A stretch of 64,000 nucleotides of DNA from NCBI GenBank assembly GCA_963764165.1, contig CAVXRD010000002.1:2144001-2208000 (forward strand), written 5' to 3'. The notes under the pieces are model-generated. The model made no database searches and was not told where the DNA came from. It saw nothing but the letters and a program-made list of their open reading frames with translations. The DNA comes from an uncultured Verrucomicrobiae bacterium (GTDB taxonomy: Bacteria; Verrucomicrobiota; Verrucomicrobiia; Limisphaerales; Palsa-1400). Made by a program: the position numbers and the translations under genes. The number at the start of each line of letters is the position of its first letter. Position 1 is the stretch's first letter. Of this stretch, positions 18,720-28,027 are shown one piece after another.

Positions 18720-19325
18720 TCATGGTTGCGCCGATGCCTGCTGCTGCTCCTGCACTTGCAGCGCTTTTGCGTCGCGAGCGGGCTTTGCTTCCTTGCCCGC
18801 CTTCGCGTTTACAGCCACCACTTCCAAATCATCTTCCGCCAAGTCGTTCCGGATGACCTTGACCTTTTCCAAAGCCAGCTCTGTCTGCACTGCCATAGCC
18901 GGCATCGGGCTTGGCTTGCGGCCCGGCGCCAGTTGGCGCATCCATCCGGCTGCCGCATCCGCCCACTTGCTCCACACGGCCGGTTTTGCAGGAGCTTCCG
19001 CGATTGTCGTGGCCGCCGAAGGCGCCTTCGGCGCTGGCATCGGCGGAATCGCCCGCACCGCATGCACCACTCTTGGCTCTGGCTTTGCCACAGCTTCCGG
19101 CTTCGGCAAAGCGGGCGCCGGAAGGTGAGCCGGTTTCGCCTGCTCAAAAAGCGCCGCTTGCTTCGCTTCCCGGACGACGTGGGAAGTTGTGGGATTCGCC
19201 TTTGCGCCCTTGTTTGCCGAAAAATTCGGCAGCGGATTCTTCGTCAACAGCTTGTAATGGCCGAGATCCTTCGTTCCACGAATCGTGTGCCCCTTCGTCA
19301 TCAGGTTGAACGGGTTCATGCTCAT
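18720..19325 (-). CDS. Hypothetical Ala/Pro/Lys-rich protein between mraZ and rsmH
   Basis: ATGA overlap with the mraZ stop; stop lies 3 bp before the rsmH start. Confidence 0.65.
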   Translation of the reverse strand: MSMNPFNLMTKGHTIRGTKDLGHYKLLTKNPLPNFSANKGAKANPTTSHVVREAKQAALFEQAKPAHLPAPALPKPEAVAKPEPRVVHAVRAIPPMPAPKAPSAATTIAEAPAKPAVWSKWADAAAGWMRQLAPGRKPSPMPAMAVQTELALEKVKVIRNDLAEDDLEVVAVNAKAGKEAKPARDAKALQVQEQQQASAQP

Positions 19326-19780
19326 TCGCCCATCGCCTGCAAGGCTTCCTTCCAGACTGGCACATCCTGCGCCTTCGCCTCGGCGTACCGCTCGGGACTC
19401 CAAATTTCAAATCGATCGACCATCCCCACCAGGACTGCTTGATTCGTAATCGCAGCCTCCATCGTCATCTCCTCCGGAATTGTCAGCCGGCCTGCCGTGT
19501 CCAGCTTCATGCTGGTGGACATGCTGCCGATCAGGCGTTTCAAGGCCGGTTTTTTGACGACATCGGTCATGGCTTCAATCTCAGCGCGGAACTTGGCCCA
19601 TGGGCCGGGCGGGAATACACGCAAACAAGTCCCTGCCTCATGCTTGGGCCAGACCACCAGGGTGAATTCGAGGGGATCCTTCGGTCTCCAGCGAAAGGGC
19701 ACAGGCAATCGCCGTTTGTCATCCAAACTATGGCGATAGACCAAGCTATATGTCGCTTCGCTGACGGATTCACTTGCCAT
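19322..19780 (-). CDS. mraZ: Transcriptional regulator MraZ
   Basis: HSLDDKRRLPVP, LDTAGRLTIP, VGMVDRFEIW. Confidence 0.93.
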   Translation of the reverse strand: MASESVSEATYSLVYRHSLDDKRRLPVPFRWRPKDPLEFTLVVWPKHEAGTCLRVFPPGPWAKFRAEIEAMTDVVKKPALKRLIGSMSTSMKLDTAGRLTIPEEMTMEAAITNQAVLVGMVDRFEIWSPERYAEAKAQDVPVWKEALQAMGE

Positions 19781-19801
19781 CTAAAATTCTTGTTGCGCTG
19801 C

Positions 19802-19846
19802 CCCGCGTTTCGCCCTATCTTACCCCCGCTTACCACGCTGGCCCAC
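19802..19846 (-). promoter_or_regulatory. MraZ-binding-like direct repeats, 10-bp period
   Basis: Minus strand GTGGG, GTGGT, GGGGT, (TAGGG), GCGGG spaced about 10 bp apart upstream of mraZ. Confidence 0.6.
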
Positions 19847-19892
19847 ATTAAAACACCTTTCCCCCGGCGAGTCAATAGGGGTGGGAGGGAAT

Positions 19893-19971
19893 TTGTCCAC
19901 AGAGTTATTCACAATTTAAGTGTTTATTATCCCTCGTGTGTCAAATGCACGGCTTCGATAGTTGTGAATAA
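19893..19971. promoter_or_regulatory. Cluster of DnaA-box-like 9-mers
   Basis: TTGTCCACA (19893-19901), TTATTCACA (19905-19913), TGTGAATAA (19963-19971, reverse complement of TTATTCACA). Confidence 0.55.
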
Positions 19972-19999
19972 ATACGCGTAATTTTTTTGGAAAAAATGC

Positions 20000-20611
20000 G
20001 CATACGAAGCAGGCACGGAAGCAGACGTTCCGCTCATCATCGGGTCCAATAGTGCGGAAGTTCAGGGGGGGTTTGTCAATGCCAGTTCAAAGGAGGAATT
20101 GTTTTCCCTGTTCGGAAGCCTCAGAGCCCAAGCGATTGCCGCCTACGATCCTGATGGAACGAATGAACTCGCCAAAATGCTCACAATGGTCAATACCGAC
20201 AAAGTCTGGGCGGAGCCGGCCCGGTTCACCGCGAGGGCCTTTGCCGCCAAGGGCCAATCGGCTTACCTTTATCGCTTCTCCTATGTCCCCGCTGCGATGC
20301 AGCAGATGATGCGTTATGGCGCTCCACACGGATCCGAAATCCCTTATGTGTTCGGCAATCCTGCCGGCAGAAATGGAGACATCGCGGCACCCAAGGACCA
20401 CGAGGTCGCCAAGATAATGAACACATATTGGGCCAATTTCGCCAAGACGGGCGACCCTAATGGATCGAGCCTGCCAAAATGGACGCGCTACGATCCCGCC
20501 AAGGACCAGATTCTAGAATTTCGCCCGGACGGTTCGCCGGTCGATGCCCCCGATCCCCGGAAAGCCCGGTTGGACGTGACCGAGTTGGCCGCAAAAGCTG
20601 CAAAGCGGTAG
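20000..20611 (+). pseudogene. 5'-truncated type-B carboxylesterase (C-terminal part only)
   Basis: Frame reads ADVPLIIGSNSAE...YLYRFSY...GAPHGSEIPYVFG...YWANFAKTGDPNG. In-frame TAA at 19979; no GxSxG serine motif. Confidence 0.8.
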
Positions 20612-21139
20612 GCTGGTGCGGTCTCCTTCTTGGTTCGTCGCCGTTTTTCAATGGAACAGCCGCGCAATCTTGCTTGCTCGCGCGGGGCGCAGCCCATCCA
20701 CCCGCAACACTTCTGCCGCCGTCGAGGTTTTTGCTTCCGGTCCCGCCTGAACAATTGATGTTTCGTTTGTCACGCCCCGCCATACCACATCAGTGTGTAA
20801 TTACACTCTTAATTGACGAGAGGGTTATTTGGCCTTATTTTTCCCCCTGTCGCCCTCATGGCGTGTTCTTTGATATTTTGCGGATTCCCGCCTCCAGGGG
20901 GCGGTTGTGTTTTAGCGGGCTGCTCGGAAGGGCAGCTAAATAAATCGTGGTCGCGGCATTGCACGCTATTGCACCCTATTGCGCCTTTGGTTTTTGGCCT
21001 CACTATTTTGCACTTTAGTTTGGACAGTGGGTGTCGGGGATCGGGGGTGGCAGCATGCCCCGCCAATCGTGTTTAGAAACCCTCCTCTCTGTTTTCAGTG
21101 GAATGAATTGTGGCCAACGCATCCGCGGCGACAGCTCTA

Positions 21140-21336
21140 AGCCGTAACAATGCAGTTGAGATGGGCAGCGCGACCGCTTCGGTCGCCTCCAGTCGGCGTC
21201 CCGCCGACTGGCTTCGGCGGAAAATGTGGATCCACCTTTCGGTGAGTCATCAGTTGCGCAAGATGTCTTCGGCGGGACGCCGAAGACGGCGGTCGAGACG
21301 ACCGCGCTCCCCAATTTCAACTGCATTGTTACGGCT
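21140..21336. mobile_element. MITE/REPIN-like 197-bp element
   Basis: Perfect 20-bp terminal inverted repeat AGCCGTAACAATGCAGTTGA enclosing an inverted pair of TCGGCGTCCCGCCGA hairpins. Confidence 0.65.
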
Positions 21337-21386
21337 GACGGGCCATGGAAAACACATTGTTTCATTCAATGGCAATCCACTCGAAA

Positions 21387-21639
21387 GAAATGTAGCGGGT
21401 TTGTAGCGGCTCTGTAGCGGCAAATGCAGGGTTCCTCGCCATATTTGGTGGAATGAGACAACTCGTTAGCCGTCGCTGCGGGACAACCCATTTGGAATCC
21501 AGGCTTGGCACTGGCTTGGCCAAAGCTCGTTATAGTGTATGATCTCGAAAAAGGGGCAACACCCGCTACACGGTTGACCATCAACGAGATAAGGGGCAAC
21601 AAAAATAGCAACAAACCCGCAACAGACCCGCAACATTTC
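21387..21639. repeat. Inverted arrays of TGTWGCGG units with 11-bp period
   Basis: Forward units at 21391, 21402, 21413; reverse units at 21606 (degenerate), 21617, 21628; extra copies at 21563 and 21792. Confidence 0.6.
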
Positions 21640-21917
21640 TTCCCGCGCTGTCTGGTTGCATGAAACGCGGCGTCTTTCCGCCGTTCCCTGAAAATTTTCA
21701 TCAAGATGCCTGCACCATCGTTTGTTCCACTGAAAACGTGGAGGAACCAATGTAGGCGGGTTATCTGGTTGATGCTCAACGAGATAGCGGGTGTAGCGGG
21801 TTTTTTGGAGATTATATATCATTAGGCGTGAAATGGTTTGCCAACCATGGAAAGTGCCGCTCGTGATGTGGGATGAAGCATTCTGTCCCATGCCAGACTG
21901 CGCCGACGGCAGTGAAT

Positions 21918-21938
21918 ACTTGCAACTGGGTCTCAAGT
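21918..21938. promoter_or_regulatory. Putative metal-repressor (Fur-like) operator upstream of the feo operon
   Basis: ACTTGCAACTGGGTCTCAAGT near-palindrome 17 bp before feoA; near-identical copy at 22552-22568. Confidence 0.55.
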
Positions 21939-21954
21939 GGCATAGTCTGAGCCG

Positions 21955-22254
21955 GTGAAGAAGCAGGAGCAGCCAGCGCAGGCGTGCGAGGGGGACAATG
22001 TTTGTCCCCAGCCGTTTTTGTGCCCGCTTAGCAAGGTCAATGCGGGCGTGGCTGTGCGCATCAAACAATTGTCCGCCACACCGGAAGTGACTCATCGCTT
22101 GCGGGAGATGGGGTTTTGCGAAGAGCAGAAAATCAAGCTTCTGAGCCGCCAGACTAATCTAATATGCCAGGTTTGCAATGCCCGCCTCGGCATCAGCAGC
22201 CGTTTGGCCGAAAAAATCCTCGTCGAACCGCTTCCACGACAAAAGGTGGCTTAG
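21955..22254 (+). CDS. feoA: Ferrous iron transport protein A (first copy)
   Basis: HRLREMGF...RLGISSRLAEKILV, FeoA SH3-like pattern. Confidence 0.85.
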   Translation: MKKQEQPAQACEGDNVCPQPFLCPLSKVNAGVAVRIKQLSATPEVTHRLREMGFCEEQKIKLLSRQTNLICQVCNARLGISSRLAEKILVEPLPRQKVA

Positions 22255-22258
22255 TTTC

Positions 22259-22495
22259 ATGAGCGCCCAACCCCTGACCGCGCTGAAACTCGGGGCCGCA
22301 GGCACGGTCAGCGAAATAAAATTGCGTCCAGAACAACGCGGGCGCCTCCTTGAGATGGGATTGCTGGTCGGAACGCCCGTCCAATTGGTTCGCTTCGCTC
22401 CGCTTGGAGATCCGGTGGAAATCAAGGTTCGCGGTTATCATCTTACCCTTCGCCGACAGGACGCAGAACAAATCTGGGTTCAATCGGCCAGTTAG
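22259..22495 (+). CDS. feoA: Ferrous iron transport protein A (second copy)
   Basis: RLLEMGLLVGT, FAPLGDPVEIKVRGYHLTLRR. Confidence 0.93.
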   Translation: MSAQPLTALKLGAAGTVSEIKLRPEQRGRLLEMGLLVGTPVQLVRFAPLGDPVEIKVRGYHLTLRRQDAEQIWVQSAS

Positions 22496-22511
22496 CGCTG
22501 CCATCTGCCAA

Positions 22512-24698
22512 ATGGATTCCCCCACCAACCAAAATAAGCCACCGCTTCCAATTGCGACTGAGTCTCAATTGGCCCAGCCTAACGTGGCGAATTGCATTGT
22601 CCTCACGGGAAATCCCAATTCCGGGAAGACGACGGTTTTCAATGCCCTAACGGGTCTGCGGGCGCGGGTCGGCAATTACGCGGGTGTGACCGTCGAGCGC
22701 AAAGAGGGGCGTTTCCAAGCCAGCCCGCCGGATTTGCCGCTGACGGTTCTCGATTTGCCCGGCACGTACAGCTTAAGCCCGCAATCGCTTGACGAGCAAA
22801 TTGCACGGGACGTCCTGTTTCATCGTTTGCCGGAGGTGCCGATCCCTGCGGCGGTTGTCATCGTCGTCGATGCGTCCAATCTGGAGCGAAATCTTTATTT
22901 TGCCACGCAGGTGATTGAATTGGGTTATCCGACCATCATCGCGCTTAACATGGTCGATGTCGCGGAAAGCATCGGCCAGGAGATTGATGCGGAGCAGTTG
23001 GCAGCGGAATTGGATGTTCCGGTTGTGCCGATGGTTGCCAGCGCGGGAAAAGGAATGCGCGCGATGCAGCAAAAAATTGTTGACGTTGCTCGCGCCGGAA
23101 AAAAGCGCGCCGCCCGCGCGCCGTTCGGTGAATTGCCGCCTGCTTTTGCAACCGAGGTGAGGTCGATGGCGGCGACGCTCGCTCGACGGGATTCCAGCCC
23201 GCCGGAGTTGCACGGCGCGGAGGCGTTGCTGTTGGTGAGCGACGAGAAATTTCTGTCCAGCGCTCCGCAACATTATGTCTCCGAAGTTGGCCAGGCCGCT
23301 TTCGCCGCCCGGCAGCGATTGGAGAAGGCCGGGATTGATTGGCGCGGAGCGGCCATCGAGGCGCGGTATGGGCGCATCGCGGCCATACAACGGGCGGTCA
23401 CGACTGCGGGAGGAATTTCCGGCGAGACTTTTAGCGACAAGCTCGACCGCATTGTCACGCATAAGGTCTGGGGCATGGCGATTTTCGTGGGAATCATGGC
23501 CCTCATGTTTGTGACGATTTTCAGCGTTGCGCAATGGCCGATGGATTTTTTGCAGTGGCTCTTTAGCGGAGTCGGCACGTTTTTGGAGAACCATATTCCA
23601 CCAGGAGACCTGCAAGCGTTGTTGGTGAAGGGAGTTGTCCAAGGCGTCGGGGCGGTCGTGGCATTTCTGCCGCAAATTTGCCTGCTGTTTTTATTTATTG
23701 GATTGCTCGAAGACACGGGCTACATGGCGCGGGCGGCTTTCTTGATGGATCGGATGATGAGCAAAGTCGGCCTGCACGGGAAAAGTTTTATTCCGATGCT
23801 GAGTTCGTTTGCCTGCGCCATCCCGGGAATCATGGCGACGCGCACCATTGAAACGCGCAAGGATCGGCTGGTCACCATTTTGGTTGCGCCGCTGATGAGT
23901 TGTTCCGCGCGGCTGCCCGTTTACACATTGCTGATCGGCGCGTGCCTGCCGGGGCGCATCGCGCTGGAAAGCCTGGTGATGCTGTCGATGTATTTGCTGG
24001 GCATCATCGTGGCGCTGGTGATGGCGTGGGTTTTCAAGAAAACGCTTCTCAAAGGCGAGACGCCGATGCTCGTGATGGAATTGCCGCCATACAAACGACC
24101 CATGGTCCGCGCCGTCATCCGCCACGTCTGGGATCGCTCGAAGCTGTTTCTTATTCGCGCCGGGACGGTAATTCTTGGAATCAATATTCTGCTCTGGTTT
24201 CTGACGAGCTACCCCCGGCACGGCGCGGATGCCCATGCCAGGGAAGTCACCGCCGCCCAGGCGGGCGAACGTTTGCGCGGAAGTTTTGCCGGTCACGCCG
24301 GCCGGATTATCGAGCCCGTGATTGCGCCGCTCGGGTTCGATTGGAAAATGGGAATCGGCATCATTAGCTCATTTGCCGCGCGCGAAGTTTTTGTGAGCAC
24401 GATGTCTGTCGTATATAACGTTGCTGAAGGGGACGACGAAAAGAACGCCAAGAAATTGTCGCAAGTGCTTGGTGAGCAAAAAAAGCCGGACGGCAAAGCT
24501 GTTTACTCAACGCTCACCTGCGTCACGCTGATGGTTTTCTACGTGCTGGCGCTGCAATGCGTGAGCACCGTCGCGGTCGTGCGGCGGGAAACGAACTCCT
24601 GGAAATGGCCGCTCTTCCAATGGCTCTACATGGGAGCGCTGGCATGGATTCTTGCCTTCATCACCTACCAAGGCGGCCGTTTGCTCGGCTTTGGTTAA
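22512..24698 (+). CDS. feoB: Ferrous iron transporter B
   Basis: GNPNSGKTT, GNYAGVTVE, DLPGTYSL, LEDTGYMARAAF, MSCSARLP. Confidence 0.97.
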   Translation: MDSPTNQNKPPLPIATESQLAQPNVANCIVLTGNPNSGKTTVFNALTGLRARVGNYAGVTVERKEGRFQASPPDLPLTVLDLPGTYSLSPQSLDEQIARDVLFHRLPEVPIPAAVVIVVDASNLERNLYFATQVIELGYPTIIALNMVDVAESIGQEIDAEQLAAELDVPVVPMVASAGKGMRAMQQKIVDVARAGKKRAARAPFGELPPAFATEVRSMAATLARRDSSPPELHGAEALLLVSDEKFLSSAPQHYVSEVGQAAFAARQRLEKAGIDWRGAAIEARYGRIAAIQRAVTTAGGISGETFSDKLDRIVTHKVWGMAIFVGIMALMFVTIFSVAQWPMDFLQWLFSGVGTFLENHIPPGDLQALLVKGVVQGVGAVVAFLPQICLLFLFIGLLEDTGYMARAAFLMDRMMSKVGLHGKSFIPMLSSFACAIPGIMATRTIETRKDRLVTILVAPLMSCSARLPVYTLLIGACLPGRIALESLVMLSMYLLGIIVALVMAWVFKKTLLKGETPMLVMELPPYKRPMVRAVIRHVWDRSKLFLIRAGTVILGINILLWFLTSYPRHGADAHAREVTAAQAGERLRGSFAGHAGRIIEPVIAPLGFDWKMGIGIISSFAAREVFVSTMSVVYNVAEGDDEKNAKKLSQVLGEQKKPDGKAVYSTLTCVTLMVFYVLALQCVSTVAVVRRETNSWKWPLFQWLYMGALAWILAFITYQGGRLLGFG

Positions 24699-24714
24699 CG
24701 TGTTAACTTGCGGA

Positions 24715-25045
24715 ATGACTGCTTTGGCTGAAAAAGAATGTGCGGCCTGCAAGGGCGCCGCCGCTGCCCTGAAGGGTGAAGCGCTGGCGGGTTTCTCGAA
24801 ACAAATCAACTCCAATTGGCGCATCGTCAACGAACATCACCTCGAGCGCGAATATAAATTCGCCAATTTCCGCGAGGCTCTGGCCTTCACCAACCGCGTT
24901 CGGGGAATTGGCCGAATCGCAAAATCATCATCCCGATATTTATCTGGCCTGGGGCAAAGTGAAATTGACGCTCTGGACCCATAAGATTGACGGCCTGACG
25001 GAGAGCGATTTTGTGTTTGCGGCCAAGGTGGATCAGATCTCTTAA
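24715..25045 (+). pseudogene. phhB: Pterin-4-alpha-carbinolamine dehydratase with one frameshift near 24900
   Basis: MTALAEKEC...EALAFTNRV in one frame continues as GELAESQNHHPDIYLAWGKV...THKIDGLTESDF in the +1 frame; may be a sequencing error. Confidence 0.8.
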
Positions 25046-25142
25046 GCAGGGACGCCTCGCCGAGGCGTCCGGGGACTTTCACAAGCCCGGACGCGTTCGA
25101 CAAACGCCACGCCCTCGGACGCCTCGGCGAGGCGTCCTTACC
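25045..25142. repeat. REP family A inverted pair (REPIN)
   Basis: Consensus GGTAGGGACGCCTCGCCGAGGCGTCC; copies at 25045-25070 and 25117-25142 (reverse). Confidence 0.9.
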
Positions 25143-25184
25143 TTGGGAACAGTTTTCCGAACGAGCGATTAGACAATTTCCGCG

Positions 25185-25949
25185 TTGCTGTTTACAATCG
25201 CTGTCCTGAATACGTTACCGACGGACAGTCCGACTCTCAGCATCGTCCTTCCTTGCTTCAACGAGGAAGGCAACATTCGCGCCTTGATCAAAGCCGTCAC
25301 CGAGGCGGTCGCGCCGCTGGGCGTCACTTACGAAATCATTCTTATTGACGATTGCAGCACGGACGGCTCGTGGGCGCTGCTGAAGGAATGCGCGGCGGTG
25401 GACTCGCATATTCGCGCGCAAAAGCTTTCCCGCAATTGCGGCCAGTCCGCGGCGCTGTGGGCAGGCTTCAAGGCCTCGCGCGGGAGCTACATCATCACGC
25501 TCGATTCGGATTTGCAGAATGATCCGCGCGACATCCCCAGTTTTTTGAAGGCGCTGGAAAAATTCGATTGCGCCTGCGGCACGCGAGTGGAGGCGCGCAG
25601 CAAGGGAGATAGCTGGCTGCGGGTGGCCCAGTCGCGCATTGCCAATTGGGTGCGCAACAAATTATCCGGCGAAGAAATCGAAGACGCAGGCTGTTCGTAT
25701 CGCGCCTTCAAAAGGGAATGCGTGGCGGATTTGAAATTCTTCAAGGGAATGCACCGCTTTCTTCCGACGCTCATCAAGATGGAAGGCTACACCGTGACGG
25801 AAATTCCGATCTCGCATCACCCGCGTTTCGCGGGCCAGACGCATTACGGCATGTGGAACCGGCTGTTCGCGTCATCCTACGACTTGCTGGCCGTGCGGTG
25901 GATGAAAAAGCGAATGTTCCGCTGGCAAATTTCGGACAAGATTAATTAG
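25185..25949 (+). CDS. GT2 polyprenol-phosphate glycosyltransferase (ArnC/GtrB/DPM1-like)
   Basis: SIVLPCFNEE, IDDCSTDGS, TLDSDLQNDP, GMHRFLP; start uncertain. Confidence 0.9.
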   Translation: MLFTIAVLNTLPTDSPTLSIVLPCFNEEGNIRALIKAVTEAVAPLGVTYEIILIDDCSTDGSWALLKECAAVDSHIRAQKLSRNCGQSAALWAGFKASRGSYIITLDSDLQNDPRDIPSFLKALEKFDCACGTRVEARSKGDSWLRVAQSRIANWVRNKLSGEEIEDAGCSYRAFKRECVADLKFFKGMHRFLPTLIKMEGYTVTEIPISHHPRFAGQTHYGMWNRLFASSYDLLAVRWMKKRMFRWQISDKIN

Positions 25950-25974
25950 GCCCGCGCCGAAGGCGCCATTTTAA

Positions 25975-26559
25975 GGTAGGGACGCCTCGCCGAGGCGTCC
26001 GGGGGCGTGGTCATCCAGTTGCAGGAAAATACACATAAGGCCATTGCGAACTCTCTTTGACCAGCCCCTTCCTAACCGGATTCGCAAGAATGTAGTCCGC
26101 CTTCTCGCGCCGGCTTTCGTTCGAACGAAGACGGTGTTCAAAAAAGTCCCGATGCCACTCAATTCCCAGTTGGCGAGACGTCCAGCGTTTCCACATCGTT
26201 ACAGTTTGGCGAACCGTGTTTTTGGACGGAGGAAATGAAAGCAGGGCATGAATATGGTCCGGCATGAGAAGAAAAATATGCGCGAACCAAATGTATTTCT
26301 CATTGCGAATTTTAACGGACTCCAGCAGCGAGGCAGCGACCGCGGGACCGGTAAGTTGAGGCCAGCCTCTCTGCTGGCACGTCACTGTAATGAAATACAC
26401 CTCTTTCTGAGGATCGATCCATAGCGGCACATCGTGCGGCAGCGATTGACGGTTGGGAGTCGTCATTTTCACAAAGAAGAACAGCGCACAGGGTCTGTCA
26501 AGAGAAGTTCGCTGCCTGTTTTGCCACGTCCCCGGACGCCTCGGCGAGGCGTCCCTACC
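25975..26559. mobile_element. REPtron: RAYT gene flanked by inverted family A REPs
   Basis: REP at 25975-26000 (forward) and 26534-26559 (reverse) bracket the transposase gene. Confidence 0.85.
26011..26466 (-). CDS. REP-associated tyrosine transposase (RAYT, Y1 HUH)
   Basis: YFITV, LMPDHIH (HUH), WHRDFFEHRLR, YILANPVRKGLV, WPY. Confidence 0.92.
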   Translation of the reverse strand: MTTPNRQSLPHDVPLWIDPQKEVYFITVTCQQRGWPQLTGPAVAASLLESVKIRNEKYIWFAHIFLLMPDHIHALLSFPPSKNTVRQTVTMWKRWTSRQLGIEWHRDFFEHRLRSNESRREKADYILANPVRKGLVKESSQWPYVYFPATG

Positions 26560-26592
26560 TTCATTGGCGGGCTGGCGCCCGCAGCTTGCTTT

Positions 26593-27972
26593 TTAGTCAA
26601 ACATTTTTCCAGGATTGAGAATGCCATTCGGATCAAGCGCCTTCCGCAACTCCCGCGTGACGCGCATTTGGGCATCGCCGAGAAATTTCGGCAGGAACGA
26701 TTTCTTCGACAGGCCGACGCCGTGTTCGCCGGTAATCGTTCCGCCGCGGCGAACGGCTTCGTCGAATATCTCCTTAAAGGCTTCCTCGACGCGGTGCATT
26801 TCCTCGTGATTGCGCTCGTCGGTGAGGAAGGTAGGATGAAGATTTCCGTCGCCCATGTGGCCGAAGGTGCCAATGCGCAATTTGTATTTCTTCGCAATCG
26901 AGTCAACAAAACGAATCATCGCCGCCAATTCGCTGCGCGGCACGGTGGCGTCCTCGAGAATGGTCGTGGGCGCGACGCGGGCGAGGGCGGAAAAGGCGCT
27001 GCGGCGGGCGGCGGCCAATTGATTTCCCTCCGCCTCATCGCGAGCCACGCGGACTTCCTTGCAGCCGCGCTCGCGGCAAATTTGCTCCATGCGGGCCGCC
27101 TCGTCCGCCACCGCGGCGGGATGGCCGTCGGTTTCCATCAGCAGCAGCGCCTCGCAATCCAGGGGCAGGCCGATTTTTGCGTAATCCTCCACGCACTGAA
27201 TAGTGGTGCGGTCGAGAAATTCCAGCGTGCATGGAATAATTTGCGCGGCAATGATCGCCGACACCGCTTCGGCCGCGTGATCCATCTGCGAAAACGTCGC
27301 GATCATTGTTTTCTTCGCGGTGGGCTTCGGGATCAATTTCAGCAGCACTTTCGTGATGACGCCAAGCGTGCCTTCCGAGCCGACAAACAAATCCTTGATC
27401 GAGTAACCGGCGACGTCTTTGACGCACTTGTTGCCCGTCCACATAATTTCGCCGTTCGGCAAAACCACTTCCAGTCCCATCACGTAATTGCGCGTGATGC
27501 CGTATTTCAATCCGCGCAGCCCGCCGGAATTTTCCGCGACGTTTCCGCCGATGGTGGAAATTTTCATCGAGCCCGGATCGGGCGGATAAAACAATCCCGC
27601 CGCGCTCGCCGCATCAGCGACTTGAAGCGTCGTCGCGCCAGGCTCAACGAGAATTGTGAGATTGGCGCGGTCCAATTCCAGGATTTTCCCCATCTTCACC
27701 GTGCAGAGAACAATGCAATCCGCGCTGGGCAAACTGCCGCCGCTCAAGCCGGTGCCGGAGCCGCGCGTCACGACGGGAATTCTCGCCGTGTTTGCGTAAA
27801 GAAGAATATCGCGCACATGCTCCGTGGACTGCGCGAACAGGACGCAGCCGGGCATTTGCCGGAGGGCGGCCGTGCCGTCGAATGAATAAGGGATTAAATC
27901 TTCCTCCGCCGTAAGAACATTCGCCGCACCCACCCGCCCCTGCAACTCGCCGATGATGCCTGCTGCCAACAT
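26593..27972 (-). CDS. glcD: FAD-linked oxidase, glycolate oxidase subunit GlcD-like
   Basis: RGSGTGLSGG, YPPDPGS, GSEGTLG, GHMGDGNLH, GEHGVG, LNPGK; start at MLAAG. Confidence 0.88.
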   Translation of the reverse strand: MLAAGIIGELQGRVGAANVLTAEEDLIPYSFDGTAALRQMPGCVLFAQSTEHVRDILLYANTARIPVVTRGSGTGLSGGSLPSADCIVLCTVKMGKILELDRANLTILVEPGATTLQVADAASAAGLFYPPDPGSMKISTIGGNVAENSGGLRGLKYGITRNYVMGLEVVLPNGEIMWTGNKCVKDVAGYSIKDLFVGSEGTLGVITKVLLKLIPKPTAKKTMIATFSQMDHAAEAVSAIIAAQIIPCTLEFLDRTTIQCVEDYAKIGLPLDCEALLLMETDGHPAAVADEAARMEQICRERGCKEVRVARDEAEGNQLAAARRSAFSALARVAPTTILEDATVPRSELAAMIRFVDSIAKKYKLRIGTFGHMGDGNLHPTFLTDERNHEEMHRVEEAFKEIFDEAVRRGGTITGEHGVGLSKKSFLPKFLGDAQMRVTRELRKALDPNGILNPGKMFD

Positions 27973-28027
27973 AGTTTGCGGAGAATGGGCAGGGGGCCGC
28001 AGTGTGTCAATTCCGAAACCGCTGATT

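Noticed and set aside
19880..21950. Possible chromosomal replication origin
   Set aside because: Only three boxes, no dnaA/dnaN/gidA nearby, and skew cannot be computed here; kept only as a regulatory hypothesis.
20457..22095. Short ORFs in the gap before feoA
   Set aside because: No motifs, they overlap repeats and each other; probably non-coding.
26011..26466. Ordinary IS200/IS605 TnpA
   Set aside because: RAYT-type C-terminal motifs and flanking multi-copy REPs fit a RAYT; no tnpB is present.
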